This document shows positions 47,983 through 56,166 of a DNA stretch of 64,000 nt, piece after piece; within the stretch, counting starts at the first letter, position 1, and every line of letters begins with the position of its first letter. The notes beneath the pieces are model-generated. The model worked only from the letters and a program-made list of their open reading frames with translations. It made no database searches and was not told the DNA's origin. The translations under genes were made by a program, and so were the position numbers. Origin of the DNA: Bacteroidales bacterium (GTDB taxonomy: Bacteria > Bacteroidota > Bacteroidia > Bacteroidales > UBA10428). Where the stretch lies: contig JBNKPU010000010.1 in NCBI GenBank assembly GCA_050295515.1, positions 10,826-74,825 of the forward strand. Reading direction: 5' to 3'.

Positions 47983-48719
47983 GGTGGTATCGTGCCGATA
48001 TGCATATCCATTCAGTTTTGTCCCCCTGTGGGGATTTGGATATGAGTCCGGTGCGAATCATCCATGAAGCCAAAATAAAAGGCTTGGACATCATCGCCAT
48101 AACCGATCATAATGCTTCGGACCATACGCGATTGATGATTGAACTGGGCAAACAGACCGGAATTACAGTTTTTCCGGGATTGGAGGTTAACACCCAGGAA
48201 GAAGTCCATTGCCTGGCGCTCTTTGAAAATATTGAGAAAACCGAATTGTTTCAGGAATACATTGACAAAAATTTACCTGACATTACGAACCGCCCAGAAA
48301 AGTTTGGACACCAGGTAGTTGTCAATAAATCTGAAGAAATTGTGGCTGAAAAGAAAAAGCTTTTGCTCAGTGGAGTTATGGTGGGAATAAGCGAGGTAGA
48401 AAAAAAAGTACATGAACTTGATGGAATATTCATCCCGGCACATGTCGACAGAAAGAGAAACAGTATCTTTTCACAAATTGGTTTTATACCTGAAGACCTG
48501 AAAATTGATGCCATAGAGATTTCTTCCAATGTAGATTTTGAAGAATTTCTAAACACAAAACCAGCATTGAGAAAGTATGCGGCCATTACAAATTCAGATG
48601 CCCATTACCCCGAAAACATTGCCAAATCATCTACCCTGTACTATATGCAGGAACCAACATTTGCTGAGTGGAAAAAATCACTAAGCTGTTCAGGCAACCG
48701 GAAAATTAAGCTGGCATGA
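47979..48719 (+). CDS. PHP-domain metal-dependent phosphoesterase
   Basis: ADMHIHSVLSPCG, IAITDHN and PAHVDR motifs. ATGA overlaps at both ends. Confidence 0.8.
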   Translation: MRWYRADMHIHSVLSPCGDLDMSPVRIIHEAKIKGLDIIAITDHNASDHTRLMIELGKQTGITVFPGLEVNTQEEVHCLALFENIEKTELFQEYIDKNLPDITNRPEKFGHQVVVNKSEEIVAEKKKLLLSGVMVGISEVEKKVHELDGIFIPAHVDRKRNSIFSQIGFIPEDLKIDAIEISSNVDFEEFLNTKPALRKYAAITNSDAHYPENIAKSSTLYYMQEPTFAEWKKSLSCSGNRKIKLA

Positions 48720-49258
48720 AAGAAATATCATTACATATTCTTGATATAGTGCAAAATTCCATTCATGCTGAATCTTCTAAGGTACATATTGAAATTGCCG
48801 AGTCTAAACAACAGGACAAAATCAAGGTTTGCATTACAGATGATGGGCATGGCATGAATACTGAGCTACTTAAAAATGTTCAGGACCCATTCTTTACAAC
48901 AAAGAGTAAAAAAACCGGACTGGGCATCCCTCTTTTGAGGCAACATGCCGAACAAACCGGAGGACATATGACAATAGAATCGGAGCCTGGTATGGGCACA
49001 AAAACAGAAGCTGTTTTTGGACTTACCCATCTTGACAGGCAACCAATTGGAAATATTACTGAAACAATAATCAGCCTAATTAGGACAAACTCCGGAATTA
49101 GGTTTATCTATTCGCACAGTGTTGATCATAAAACATTTGAGCTGGATACACAGGAAGTAGAAAAGGAACTGGATGGACTGTCCATAGGGAATCCTGAGAT
49201 TATAGGTTTTCTCCAAGATATGATCAAAGAGAATTTAAAAGAAATTGGAGCTAGTTAG
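48716..49258 (+). CDS. HATPase_c-only ATP-binding protein (no DHp/HisKA domain)
   Basis: N-box ILDIVQNSIHA, G1 DDGHGM, G2 TGLGIPLL. 180 aa. Confidence 0.75.
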   Translation: MKEISLHILDIVQNSIHAESSKVHIEIAESKQQDKIKVCITDDGHGMNTELLKNVQDPFFTTKSKKTGLGIPLLRQHAEQTGGHMTIESEPGMGTKTEAVFGLTHLDRQPIGNITETIISLIRTNSGIRFIYSHSVDHKTFELDTQEVEKELDGLSIGNPEIIGFLQDMIKENLKEIGAS

Positions 49259-49353
49259 AAAGAGTATAAATAAGTCTTATCCTGACTTTTAATACCCCAA
49301 TAACTTGGCTGTAAATAAAGAAACAACTTAAATTTATTATAAAAGAATGCAAC

Positions 49354-49758
49354 ATGGGAAAAGTTAAAACCTTAGATGATCTTAGAAAGCTTCGCGAAGA
49401 ACTGAAAAGCAAAACAAGCCTTCGTGAGAAAAGCGAAAACCCCGAAGAACTTGTTCAGGTAAAAGTTGCCATGGCAACTTGCTGCATCGCTTCAGGTTCG
49501 CGCGAAACCATGAATTATATGGCAGACGAGCTTGAAAAAAGGAACATCGAAGCTGTCGTAACCCAAACTGGATGTATGGGTTATTGCTACGCTGAACCAA
49601 CCGTTGAAGTCAGCATACCAGGAAAAGACCCAATCGTTTTTGGTTATGTCGACGAGAAAAAAGCGGATGAAATTATTGAGAAATATATAAAAGGTGGCGA
49701 ATTGATTGATGGCATTATACCAATGAACTACCAAAATATTGATGAAGACAAAAAATAA
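49354..49758 (+). CDS. thioredoxin-like [2Fe-2S] ferredoxin, HydD-like small subunit
   Basis: 134 aa. Cys pattern ATCCIASGS...GCMGYCYAEP. Immediately upstream of hydB. Confidence 0.7.
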   Translation: MGKVKTLDDLRKLREELKSKTSLREKSENPEELVQVKVAMATCCIASGSRETMNYMADELEKRNIEAVVTQTGCMGYCYAEPTVEVSIPGKDPIVFGYVDEKKADEIIEKYIKGGELIDGIIPMNYQNIDEDKK

Positions 49759-49778
49759 AGTATAGGGGAATATATATT

Positions 49779-51572
49779 ATGTCGGATTATAAAATTCACT
49801 TATTAGTATGCGGTGGCACGGGCTGTAAAGCTTCAGAGAGTGCTCAGGTGGCTGAAAACCTAAAAATGGAAGTAGGCAAACAAGGTCTGGATGATTTTGC
49901 CCAGGTAATAATTACAGGATGTTTTGGCTTTTGCGAAAAAGGACCAATTGTTAAAATTATCCCTGACAATACATTTTACACACAGGTAAAACCTTCCGAT
50001 GCCAGAGAGATCATTGAAGAGCATATTGTAAAAGGAAGAAAAGTAGAAAAACTACTGTATGTTGATCCTGAGAACGAACAAAAAGTCTCAGATTCAAAAA
50101 AAATGAATTTCTATAAGAAACAATTACGTATTGCATTGCGCAACTGTGGTATTATAGATCCTGAAAATGTCGATGAATACATTGCGCGCGATGGATATGA
50201 GGCTCTTGGTAAGGTTTTAACCACCATGACTCCTGAGGAAGCCATTAAGATAATAAAAGACTCTGGTCTCCGGGGCCGCGGTGGTGGAGGTTTCCCAACT
50301 GGCCTAAAATGGGAATTGACCCGCCAGACACCTAGCGATGTAAAATACGTTGTTTGTAATGCAGACGAAGGCGATCCGGGAGCATTTATGGACCGTTCAA
50401 TCCTGGAAGGTGATCCACACTCAGTAATTGAAGCAATGGCCATCAATGGATTTTGCACAGGCGCCAACCATGGTTTGATTTATATCCGTGCTGAATACCC
50501 CCTTGCTATCGAGCGATTGAAAACTGCCATTAAACAAGCCCGAGAATATGGTTTGCTCGGCAATAATATTTTAGGAACTGATTTCAATTTTGACATTGAA
50601 CTCAGATATGGTGCCGGAGCCTTTGTTTGTGGCGAAGAAACCGCATTGATCCACTCTATGGAAGGTGAACGTGGTGAGCCAACAATCAAACCTCCGTTCC
50701 CATCGGTTGAAGGTTACTTGAAAAAGCCTACCAACGTGAACAATGTGGAAACCTATGCCAATATCCCAATTATATTCAATAAAGGTGCAGCCTGGTTCTC
50801 AGCTATTGGAACTGAAAAATCGAAAGGAACCAAAGTATTTGCTTTGGCTGGCAAGGTAAACAATGTTGGCCTTGTTGAAGTGCCCATGGGAATAACCCTG
50901 CGTGAAGTTATTTTCGAAATTGGTGGAGGAATCAAGAATGGCAAAAAATTTAAAGCCGTACAGACTGGTGGTCCATCTGGCGGTTGTTTGACCGAAAAGC
51001 ACCTGGACACTCCTATCGATTATGATAACCTGATCGCGGCCGGCTCTATGATGGGATCTGGTGGAATGGTTGTTATGGATGAAGATGACTGCATGGTGGA
51101 CGTCGCCAAATATTTCCTTGATTTTACAGTAGAAGAATCTTGTGGAAAATGTACTCCTTGCCGCATAGGAAACAAAAGGCTTCACGAAGTTTTGGATAAA
51201 ATCACAAAAGGAAATGGCAGCCGTGCAGATATCGACAGGTTGGTCAACCTTGGTAATGTTATCAAAGACACTTCTCTTTGCGGTCTCGGACAAACGTCTC
51301 CAAATCCTGTGCTGGCAACAATCAACAACTTTAAAGAAGAATATTACGCACACGTTGACGACAAAAAATGTCCGGCAGGAGTTTGCAAAGACCTTATGGT
51401 ATATTCAATCGTTGATGAGAATTGTGTTGGCTGTACTGCTTGTGCAAGGGCTTGTCCGGTAGGAGCTATTACAGGTGAAAGGAAAGAAATTCACAACATT
51501 GATGCTGCATTATGTATTAAATGTGGAGCATGTATCGAGAAATGTAAGTTTAATGCAGTAATTGTAAAATAA
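49779..51572 (+). CDS. hydB: NADH-binding flavoprotein subunit of multimeric [FeFe] hydrogenase (NuoF-like)
   Basis: N-terminal 2Fe-2S module, GRGGGGFPTGLKWE, CNADEGDPGAFMDR, ESCGKCTPCR. Two C-terminal ferredoxin motifs (CVGCTACARACP, CIKCGACIEKC). Confidence 0.92.
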   Translation: MSDYKIHLLVCGGTGCKASESAQVAENLKMEVGKQGLDDFAQVIITGCFGFCEKGPIVKIIPDNTFYTQVKPSDAREIIEEHIVKGRKVEKLLYVDPENEQKVSDSKKMNFYKKQLRIALRNCGIIDPENVDEYIARDGYEALGKVLTTMTPEEAIKIIKDSGLRGRGGGGFPTGLKWELTRQTPSDVKYVVCNADEGDPGAFMDRSILEGDPHSVIEAMAINGFCTGANHGLIYIRAEYPLAIERLKTAIKQAREYGLLGNNILGTDFNFDIELRYGAGAFVCGEETALIHSMEGERGEPTIKPPFPSVEGYLKKPTNVNNVETYANIPIIFNKGAAWFSAIGTEKSKGTKVFALAGKVNNVGLVEVPMGITLREVIFEIGGGIKNGKKFKAVQTGGPSGGCLTEKHLDTPIDYDNLIAAGSMMGSGGMVVMDEDDCMVDVAKYFLDFTVEESCGKCTPCRIGNKRLHEVLDKITKGNGSRADIDRLVNLGNVIKDTSLCGLGQTSPNPVLATINNFKEEYYAHVDDKKCPAGVCKDLMVYSIVDENCVGCTACARACPVGAITGERKEIHNIDAALCIKCGACIEKCKFNAVIVK

Positions 51573-51581
51573 TCTGGCAAA

Positions 51582-53360
51582 ATGGAAAAAGTAAAACTCA
51601 CTATAGATAACAAACAGGTAGAAGTAGCCAAAGGAACGACTATTTACAAAGCAGCCAAGCAACTGGACATTGATATTCCTGTGCTTTGCTACATGCACCT
51701 GGAAGACTTAAAGATAGAACACAAGCCTGGTGGATGCCGCATCTGTGTGGTTGAAGTTGACGGACGCAGAAACCTGGCTCCTTCCTGCTCAACAGAAGCT
51801 ACAGAAGGCATGGTTGTCAAAACACACTCATTGAGGGTGCTGAATGCAAGAAAAACAGTAATGGAGCTGATCCTTTCTGATCACCCAAAAGATTGTTTGT
51901 CATGTGCCAAGTCAGGAAAATGCGATTTACAGGATTTAGCCCAAAAACTAGGTATACGCGAAATCCCAGATCAGGACATTGCTGCAATGTCAACATACAG
52001 GGTAGACTTCTCCCCTTCTTTGATTCGAGAGCTGGACAAATGTATCATGTGCCGCCGCTGCGAAACCATGTGTAACGATTTCCAAACTGTCGGAGCATTG
52101 TCTGCCATAAACCGAGGTTTTGAATCTGTTGTGGCACCAGCATTTGAAATGGACATTGAAGATTCGCCATGTACATACTGTGGTCAATGTGTTGCTGTTT
52201 GTCCAACAGGGGCCTTGACAGAGGTTGACCATACCAACCAATTGATCGAAGACCTGGCCAACCCAAACAAAACTGTGGTAGTTCAAACAGCGCCAGCAGT
52301 GCGTGCAGCTTTGGGCGAAGAATTTAATATGCCGGCCGGCACCAGTGTTACCGGAGAAATGGTTACTGCTCTTCGCGAACTGGGTTTCGATTATGTCTTC
52401 GATACCGATTTCGCTGCTGACCTAACAATTATGGAAGAAGGAACTGAGTTGCTTGACCGATTGACCAAGCACCTGAATGGCGATAAAAAGGTTAAACTTC
52501 CAATTTTAACATCATGCTGCCCGGGATGGGTAAACTTCTTTGAACAACAGTTTACCGACTTGTTGGATGTTCCATCAACAGCCCGCTCTCCTCAGCAAAT
52601 GTTTGGTGCTATTGCCAAGACCTACTTTGCCGATAAGATCAATGTAAAAAGAGAAGACCTGGTTGTGGTATCCATCATGCCATGTCTGGCAAAAAAATAC
52701 GAATGCCAACGCGACGAATTCAAAGTTGACGGTAACCCCGATGTGGATTATTCTGTATCGACCCGCGAATTGGCCAGCCTGATCAAGCGTGCAAACATCG
52801 ATTTAAAAACACTTAAGAAACAAGACTTTGATGCACCTATGGGTGAATCTACCGGTGCTGCCGTGATTTTTGGTGCTACTGGTGGTGTAATTGAAGCTGC
52901 AACACGTACTGCATATGAGATCCATACAGGCAAAACCCTGGAGAAGGTTGATTTTGAAGCACTCCGCGGACTTGATGGCATACGTGAGGCAACTGTTGAT
53001 TTCGATGGATTACCAATCAAAATCGGTATTGCACACGGTTTAGGAAATGCCCGCAAATTACTGGAAGATGTAAGAGCAGGAAAGAGCGAATTCCATGCCA
53101 TTGAGATTATGGCTTGTCCTGGTGGATGTATTGGTGGTGGAGGACAACCCTTGCACCATGGCGATTCAAGTGTGATCCAGAAACGTTTTGAGGCAATCTA
53201 TGCTGAAGACAAAACCAAAACTTTGCGCAAATCGCATGAGAACCCATACATCATAAAGCTGTATGAAGAGTTCCTTGGCAAACCAATGAGCGAAAAAGCG
53301 CATCACTTGCTGCACACACATTATGTGGACAAGAGCAAGAAAGTAATTTATATGAAATAA
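51582..53360 (+). CDS. hydA: catalytic [FeFe] hydrogenase subunit (M3-type, group A)
   Basis: Canonical H-cluster motifs TSCCPGWV, MPCLAKKYE and EIMACPGGCIGGGGQP, plus N-terminal 2Fe-2S and 4Fe-4S domains. Confidence 0.95.
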   Translation: MEKVKLTIDNKQVEVAKGTTIYKAAKQLDIDIPVLCYMHLEDLKIEHKPGGCRICVVEVDGRRNLAPSCSTEATEGMVVKTHSLRVLNARKTVMELILSDHPKDCLSCAKSGKCDLQDLAQKLGIREIPDQDIAAMSTYRVDFSPSLIRELDKCIMCRRCETMCNDFQTVGALSAINRGFESVVAPAFEMDIEDSPCTYCGQCVAVCPTGALTEVDHTNQLIEDLANPNKTVVVQTAPAVRAALGEEFNMPAGTSVTGEMVTALRELGFDYVFDTDFAADLTIMEEGTELLDRLTKHLNGDKKVKLPILTSCCPGWVNFFEQQFTDLLDVPSTARSPQQMFGAIAKTYFADKINVKREDLVVVSIMPCLAKKYECQRDEFKVDGNPDVDYSVSTRELASLIKRANIDLKTLKKQDFDAPMGESTGAAVIFGATGGVIEAATRTAYEIHTGKTLEKVDFEALRGLDGIREATVDFDGLPIKIGIAHGLGNARKLLEDVRAGKSEFHAIEIMACPGGCIGGGGQPLHHGDSSVIQKRFEAIYAEDKTKTLRKSHENPYIIKLYEEFLGKPMSEKAHHLLHTHYVDKSKKVIYMK

Positions 53361-53397
53361 TAAGAAGCGTATAGTATTAACAGAAAAGTAAAAGATT

Positions 53398-53883
53398 ATG
53401 TCTAGAATAAAAGTTGAACTTAAGAAAGAAAAGATAGATAAAATCAACGAAATATGCGCTTCATTCAACAATGATGCTGGTGAGTTGATTAATGTGTTGC
53501 ATAAAGTACAAAGCACTTTTGGTTATCTACCTGCAGAGGTACAGGAAGTTGTTGCCAAAGGTTTAGATGTACCAGTTGCCAAAGTATATGGTGTTGTTAC
53601 CTTTTACAGTTTCTTTACCATGAAACCCAAAGGCAAACATCCCATCTCAATCTGTACAGGTACAGCCTGTTATGTAAGAGGGGCCGAGAAAGTTCTGGAT
53701 GAATTCAAGAAAGAACTTAATGTTAGCGTTGGCGAAACCACTGCAGATGGTAAATTCTCAATTGCATGTCTGCGCTGTGTTGGAGCTTGTGGCCTGGCAC
53801 CAGTGGTTATGGTAGGTGACAAAACTTACGGTAGGGTTGCACCAGAAATGGTGAAGGACATTTTATCCAATTACGAAGACTGA
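53398..53883 (+). CDS. hydC: NuoE-like [2Fe-2S] subunit of multimeric [FeFe] hydrogenase
   Basis: CTGTACYVRG...CLRCVGACGLAP motif. 161 aa. Confidence 0.9.
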   Translation: MSRIKVELKKEKIDKINEICASFNNDAGELINVLHKVQSTFGYLPAEVQEVVAKGLDVPVAKVYGVVTFYSFFTMKPKGKHPISICTGTACYVRGAEKVLDEFKKELNVSVGETTADGKFSIACLRCVGACGLAPVVMVGDKTYGRVAPEMVKDILSNYED

Positions 53884-53909
53884 CACAAGTAACGCTCATA
53901 ATTAAAAAG

Positions 53910-53937
53910 GCCCTGCAAGAATTTGTGGGGCTTTTTT
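53910..53937 (+). terminator. rho-independent terminator after hydC
   Basis: GCCCTGCAA-GAAT-TTGTGGGGC stem (with G-U pairs) followed by TTTTTT. Confidence 0.7.
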
Positions 53938-54059
53938 ATGCCTGGCATTTGACTGTTGTAGATATTTTTCATAATTGTAGGACACAACCTTGTAGAAGTT
54001 GTATAATCTCCATTTCCCGAATATTTTATACTTTTAATCAACAATAATAATATCCAACC

Positions 54060-54731
54060 ATGGATTACATCAAACTGGCATTAATGCTGATTAGCGGGGT
54101 TGCCTGGACTATTGTATATATTCAATGTATCCGAATCGGTTTTAAGCATAAAACCTATGCCATGCCTTTTTGGGCTCTTGCATTAAACCTGGCCTGGGAA
54201 ATATTCCATGGTGCTTATGATTTAAAAGAACTTGGGCCCCAATTGCAAGTAATAATAAATGCTATATGGGGCATATTTGACTTAATAATTCTGATTACAT
54301 TTCTCAAGTTTGGCAAAAAATATTTTCCAAAAAATATAAACATCAAATGGTTTTATCCCTGGTTTATAACTGTTCTTGTCATTTCTTTCTTTGTCCAATT
54401 TATTTTTATTGTTGAATTTGGAACAGTAAAAGGTGGTGGCTATGCTGCTTTTCTCCAGAACCTGCTTATGTCGGTATTGTTTATTTCGATGTTTATCCAG
54501 CGAAAAGGACCTGATGGCCAATCCTTGACCATTGCCATTAGTAAATGTATTGGCACTTTAGCCCCTACAATACTTTTCGGAATTGTTGGAAGTGATACCA
54601 TGGGGGGACCAAATTTTCTTATGCTTTCGATAGGGCTGATTATTCTTATCCTAGACATTTTTTATATTGTAATACAGGCACAAGCCAAACAGATAAGAAA
54701 GGAAAGTATGAATCCAACCATTCTGTCATAA
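54060..54731 (+). CDS. integral membrane protein of unknown function (about 6-7 TM)
   Basis: 223 aa, almost entirely hydrophobic helices. No motif recognised. Confidence 0.6.
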   Translation: MDYIKLALMLISGVAWTIVYIQCIRIGFKHKTYAMPFWALALNLAWEIFHGAYDLKELGPQLQVIINAIWGIFDLIILITFLKFGKKYFPKNINIKWFYPWFITVLVISFFVQFIFIVEFGTVKGGGYAAFLQNLLMSVLFISMFIQRKGPDGQSLTIAISKCIGTLAPTILFGIVGSDTMGGPNFLMLSIGLIILILDIFYIVIQAQAKQIRKESMNPTILS

Positions 54732-54828
54732 AAAGAAGTTAGTCATAGCAGTTGACAAAACTTTTGTTATTGTTTCTCCTCAGGAAAACAGAAATTTTAA
54801 TTGACTTTGAAAATAATCACCTCTAAAT

Positions 54829-55071
54829 TGGGCTTGCTGAAAAAAGTCAGAAAGTAGTGAGATGCGACTTGACAAAATGAAGACGTATTAGCATACTTCG
54901 AATTGCAGGCAAGGAAGTAGATTGCTACTTTCTGGCTAACACTTTCGAATTTATTTTCAACTTTTTAGGTGCAAACAATTTTAAGCAATATTGAAGAATT
55001 CCTTGCACTTAAAACTCATTCTATCCATATAACATGCAGATAATGTGCTAAAAGTGTGTTTTTTAGCAAGC
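54829..55071 (-). mobile_element. MITE-like non-coding repeat, copy B (~243 bp, inverted relative to copy A)
   Basis: Reverse complement aligns end to end with 1777-2020. Flanked by TAAAT at 54824-54828 and 55072-55076. Confidence 0.6.
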
Positions 55072-55120
55072 TAAATAGGCATTTTCTTAGAAGAATAAAT
55101 AAATACATAGAGTTTCTTAT

Positions 55121-55160
55121 GGATTGGATTGGTTTGGATTGGTTTGGATTGGTTTGGATT
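55121..55160. repeat. 10-bp tandem repeat (GGTTTGGATT x3 plus one degenerate unit)
   Basis: ggattggatt ggtttggatt ggtttggatt ggtttggatt followed by T7. Lies 128 nt upstream of the OMP gene and 50 nt from MITE copy B. Confidence 0.85.
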
Positions 55161-55287
55161 TTTTTTGAATTTGTTGTTAAATATTTTTTTAGCGCTTTTT
55201 GAAACATATTTCTCTTATTCCTGTATAAAAGTTGTATCTTAATATTACAAACTAAGTATTTATAAAACCAAGTTTAAAACAACAATT

Positions 55288-55878
55288 ATGAAAAAATTAT
55301 CTTTAGTCATTTTCGCTATTGCAATGGCGTTACAAGGATTCTCACAAAACGATGATTACAAATTAACCATTACAGGTGGTGTAGGCTTTACTTTAAGCGG
55401 TGCATTTATGTCTGCTGTTGAAGGTGCTTCTTTGGGAACTGTTGATAAAACAGGTATACCAAATCTTGAATTAGGTCTCGATTATGGCCTTACAAAATGG
55501 TTCAGTATGGGTGTTATGGGAGCTTATCAATCTTCAGGTATTACAGAAGATCTTAATGGTTCAATAAATGAATATTCGCTTTCTCGTATGTATATTGGAA
55601 CAAGTTTTCTATTTCATTATGCAAATTCTGGTAGAGTAGACCTTTTCTCAGGAATTAGAGCGGGTTATAAAAACTGGTCATATTCTTCTACCATAGATGT
55701 GGGTACTACTGATGAAATAAATTTTGATGACATTGGATTTTTCGGCGATGGACTTGGCTTTCAGGTATTGTTGTTTGGATTAAGAGGATATCTTACTGAA
55801 AATATTGGTGTAAATGTCGAAGTTCTAGGAATAGGAGCTCCTCACATTTCATCAATTGGAGTAAGCTACAGGTTCTAA
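55288..55878 (+). CDS. small outer-membrane beta-barrel protein
   Basis: Signal peptide, alternating beta-strand pattern, Gly/aromatic girdles. C-terminal ...GVSYRF. Confidence 0.75.
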   Translation: MKKLSLVIFAIAMALQGFSQNDDYKLTITGGVGFTLSGAFMSAVEGASLGTVDKTGIPNLELGLDYGLTKWFSMGVMGAYQSSGITEDLNGSINEYSLSRMYIGTSFLFHYANSGRVDLFSGIRAGYKNWSYSSTIDVGTTDEINFDDIGFFGDGLGFQVLLFGLRGYLTENIGVNVEVLGIGAPHISSIGVSYRF

Positions 55879-55900
55879 AATTTTACCTAAAAAAAAACAT

Positions 55901-55932
55901 AAGGCTGTCTTAATATTGGACAGCCTTTTTTG
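55901..55932 (+). terminator. rho-independent terminator after the OMP gene
   Basis: AAGGCTGTC-loop-GACAGCCTT followed by TTTTT. Confidence 0.8.
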
Positions 55933-56166
55933 TTTAGTTACATTTTCTGACAATGCTCGCCAGCTTCCAAAATAGTTGATTGAATGCTAATCAATAGATG
56001 TTGATTATTCAATTTATCAATCATTTCTATATTTAAAAACAAGTGAAAAAAAATCCTCAGCCCACCTTACTGGGAAGACCCTTTTAAAGGTCAAGAAACA
56101 GCCGAACGAGCACTGTTTTCAACTGCCAGAAAATATAAATGCCCAGCAAATCTGTAAAGCATTTTT

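Noticed and set aside
50799-51353. 184-aa ORF antisense to hydB (also 50111-50467, 50480-50689 and 50753-51010)
   Set aside because: All lie within hydB, whose NuoF motifs are unambiguous. No independent support.
55121-55160. Possible CRISPR array
   Set aside because: The 10-bp units are directly tandem with no spacers. This is a microsatellite-like repeat, not a CRISPR array.
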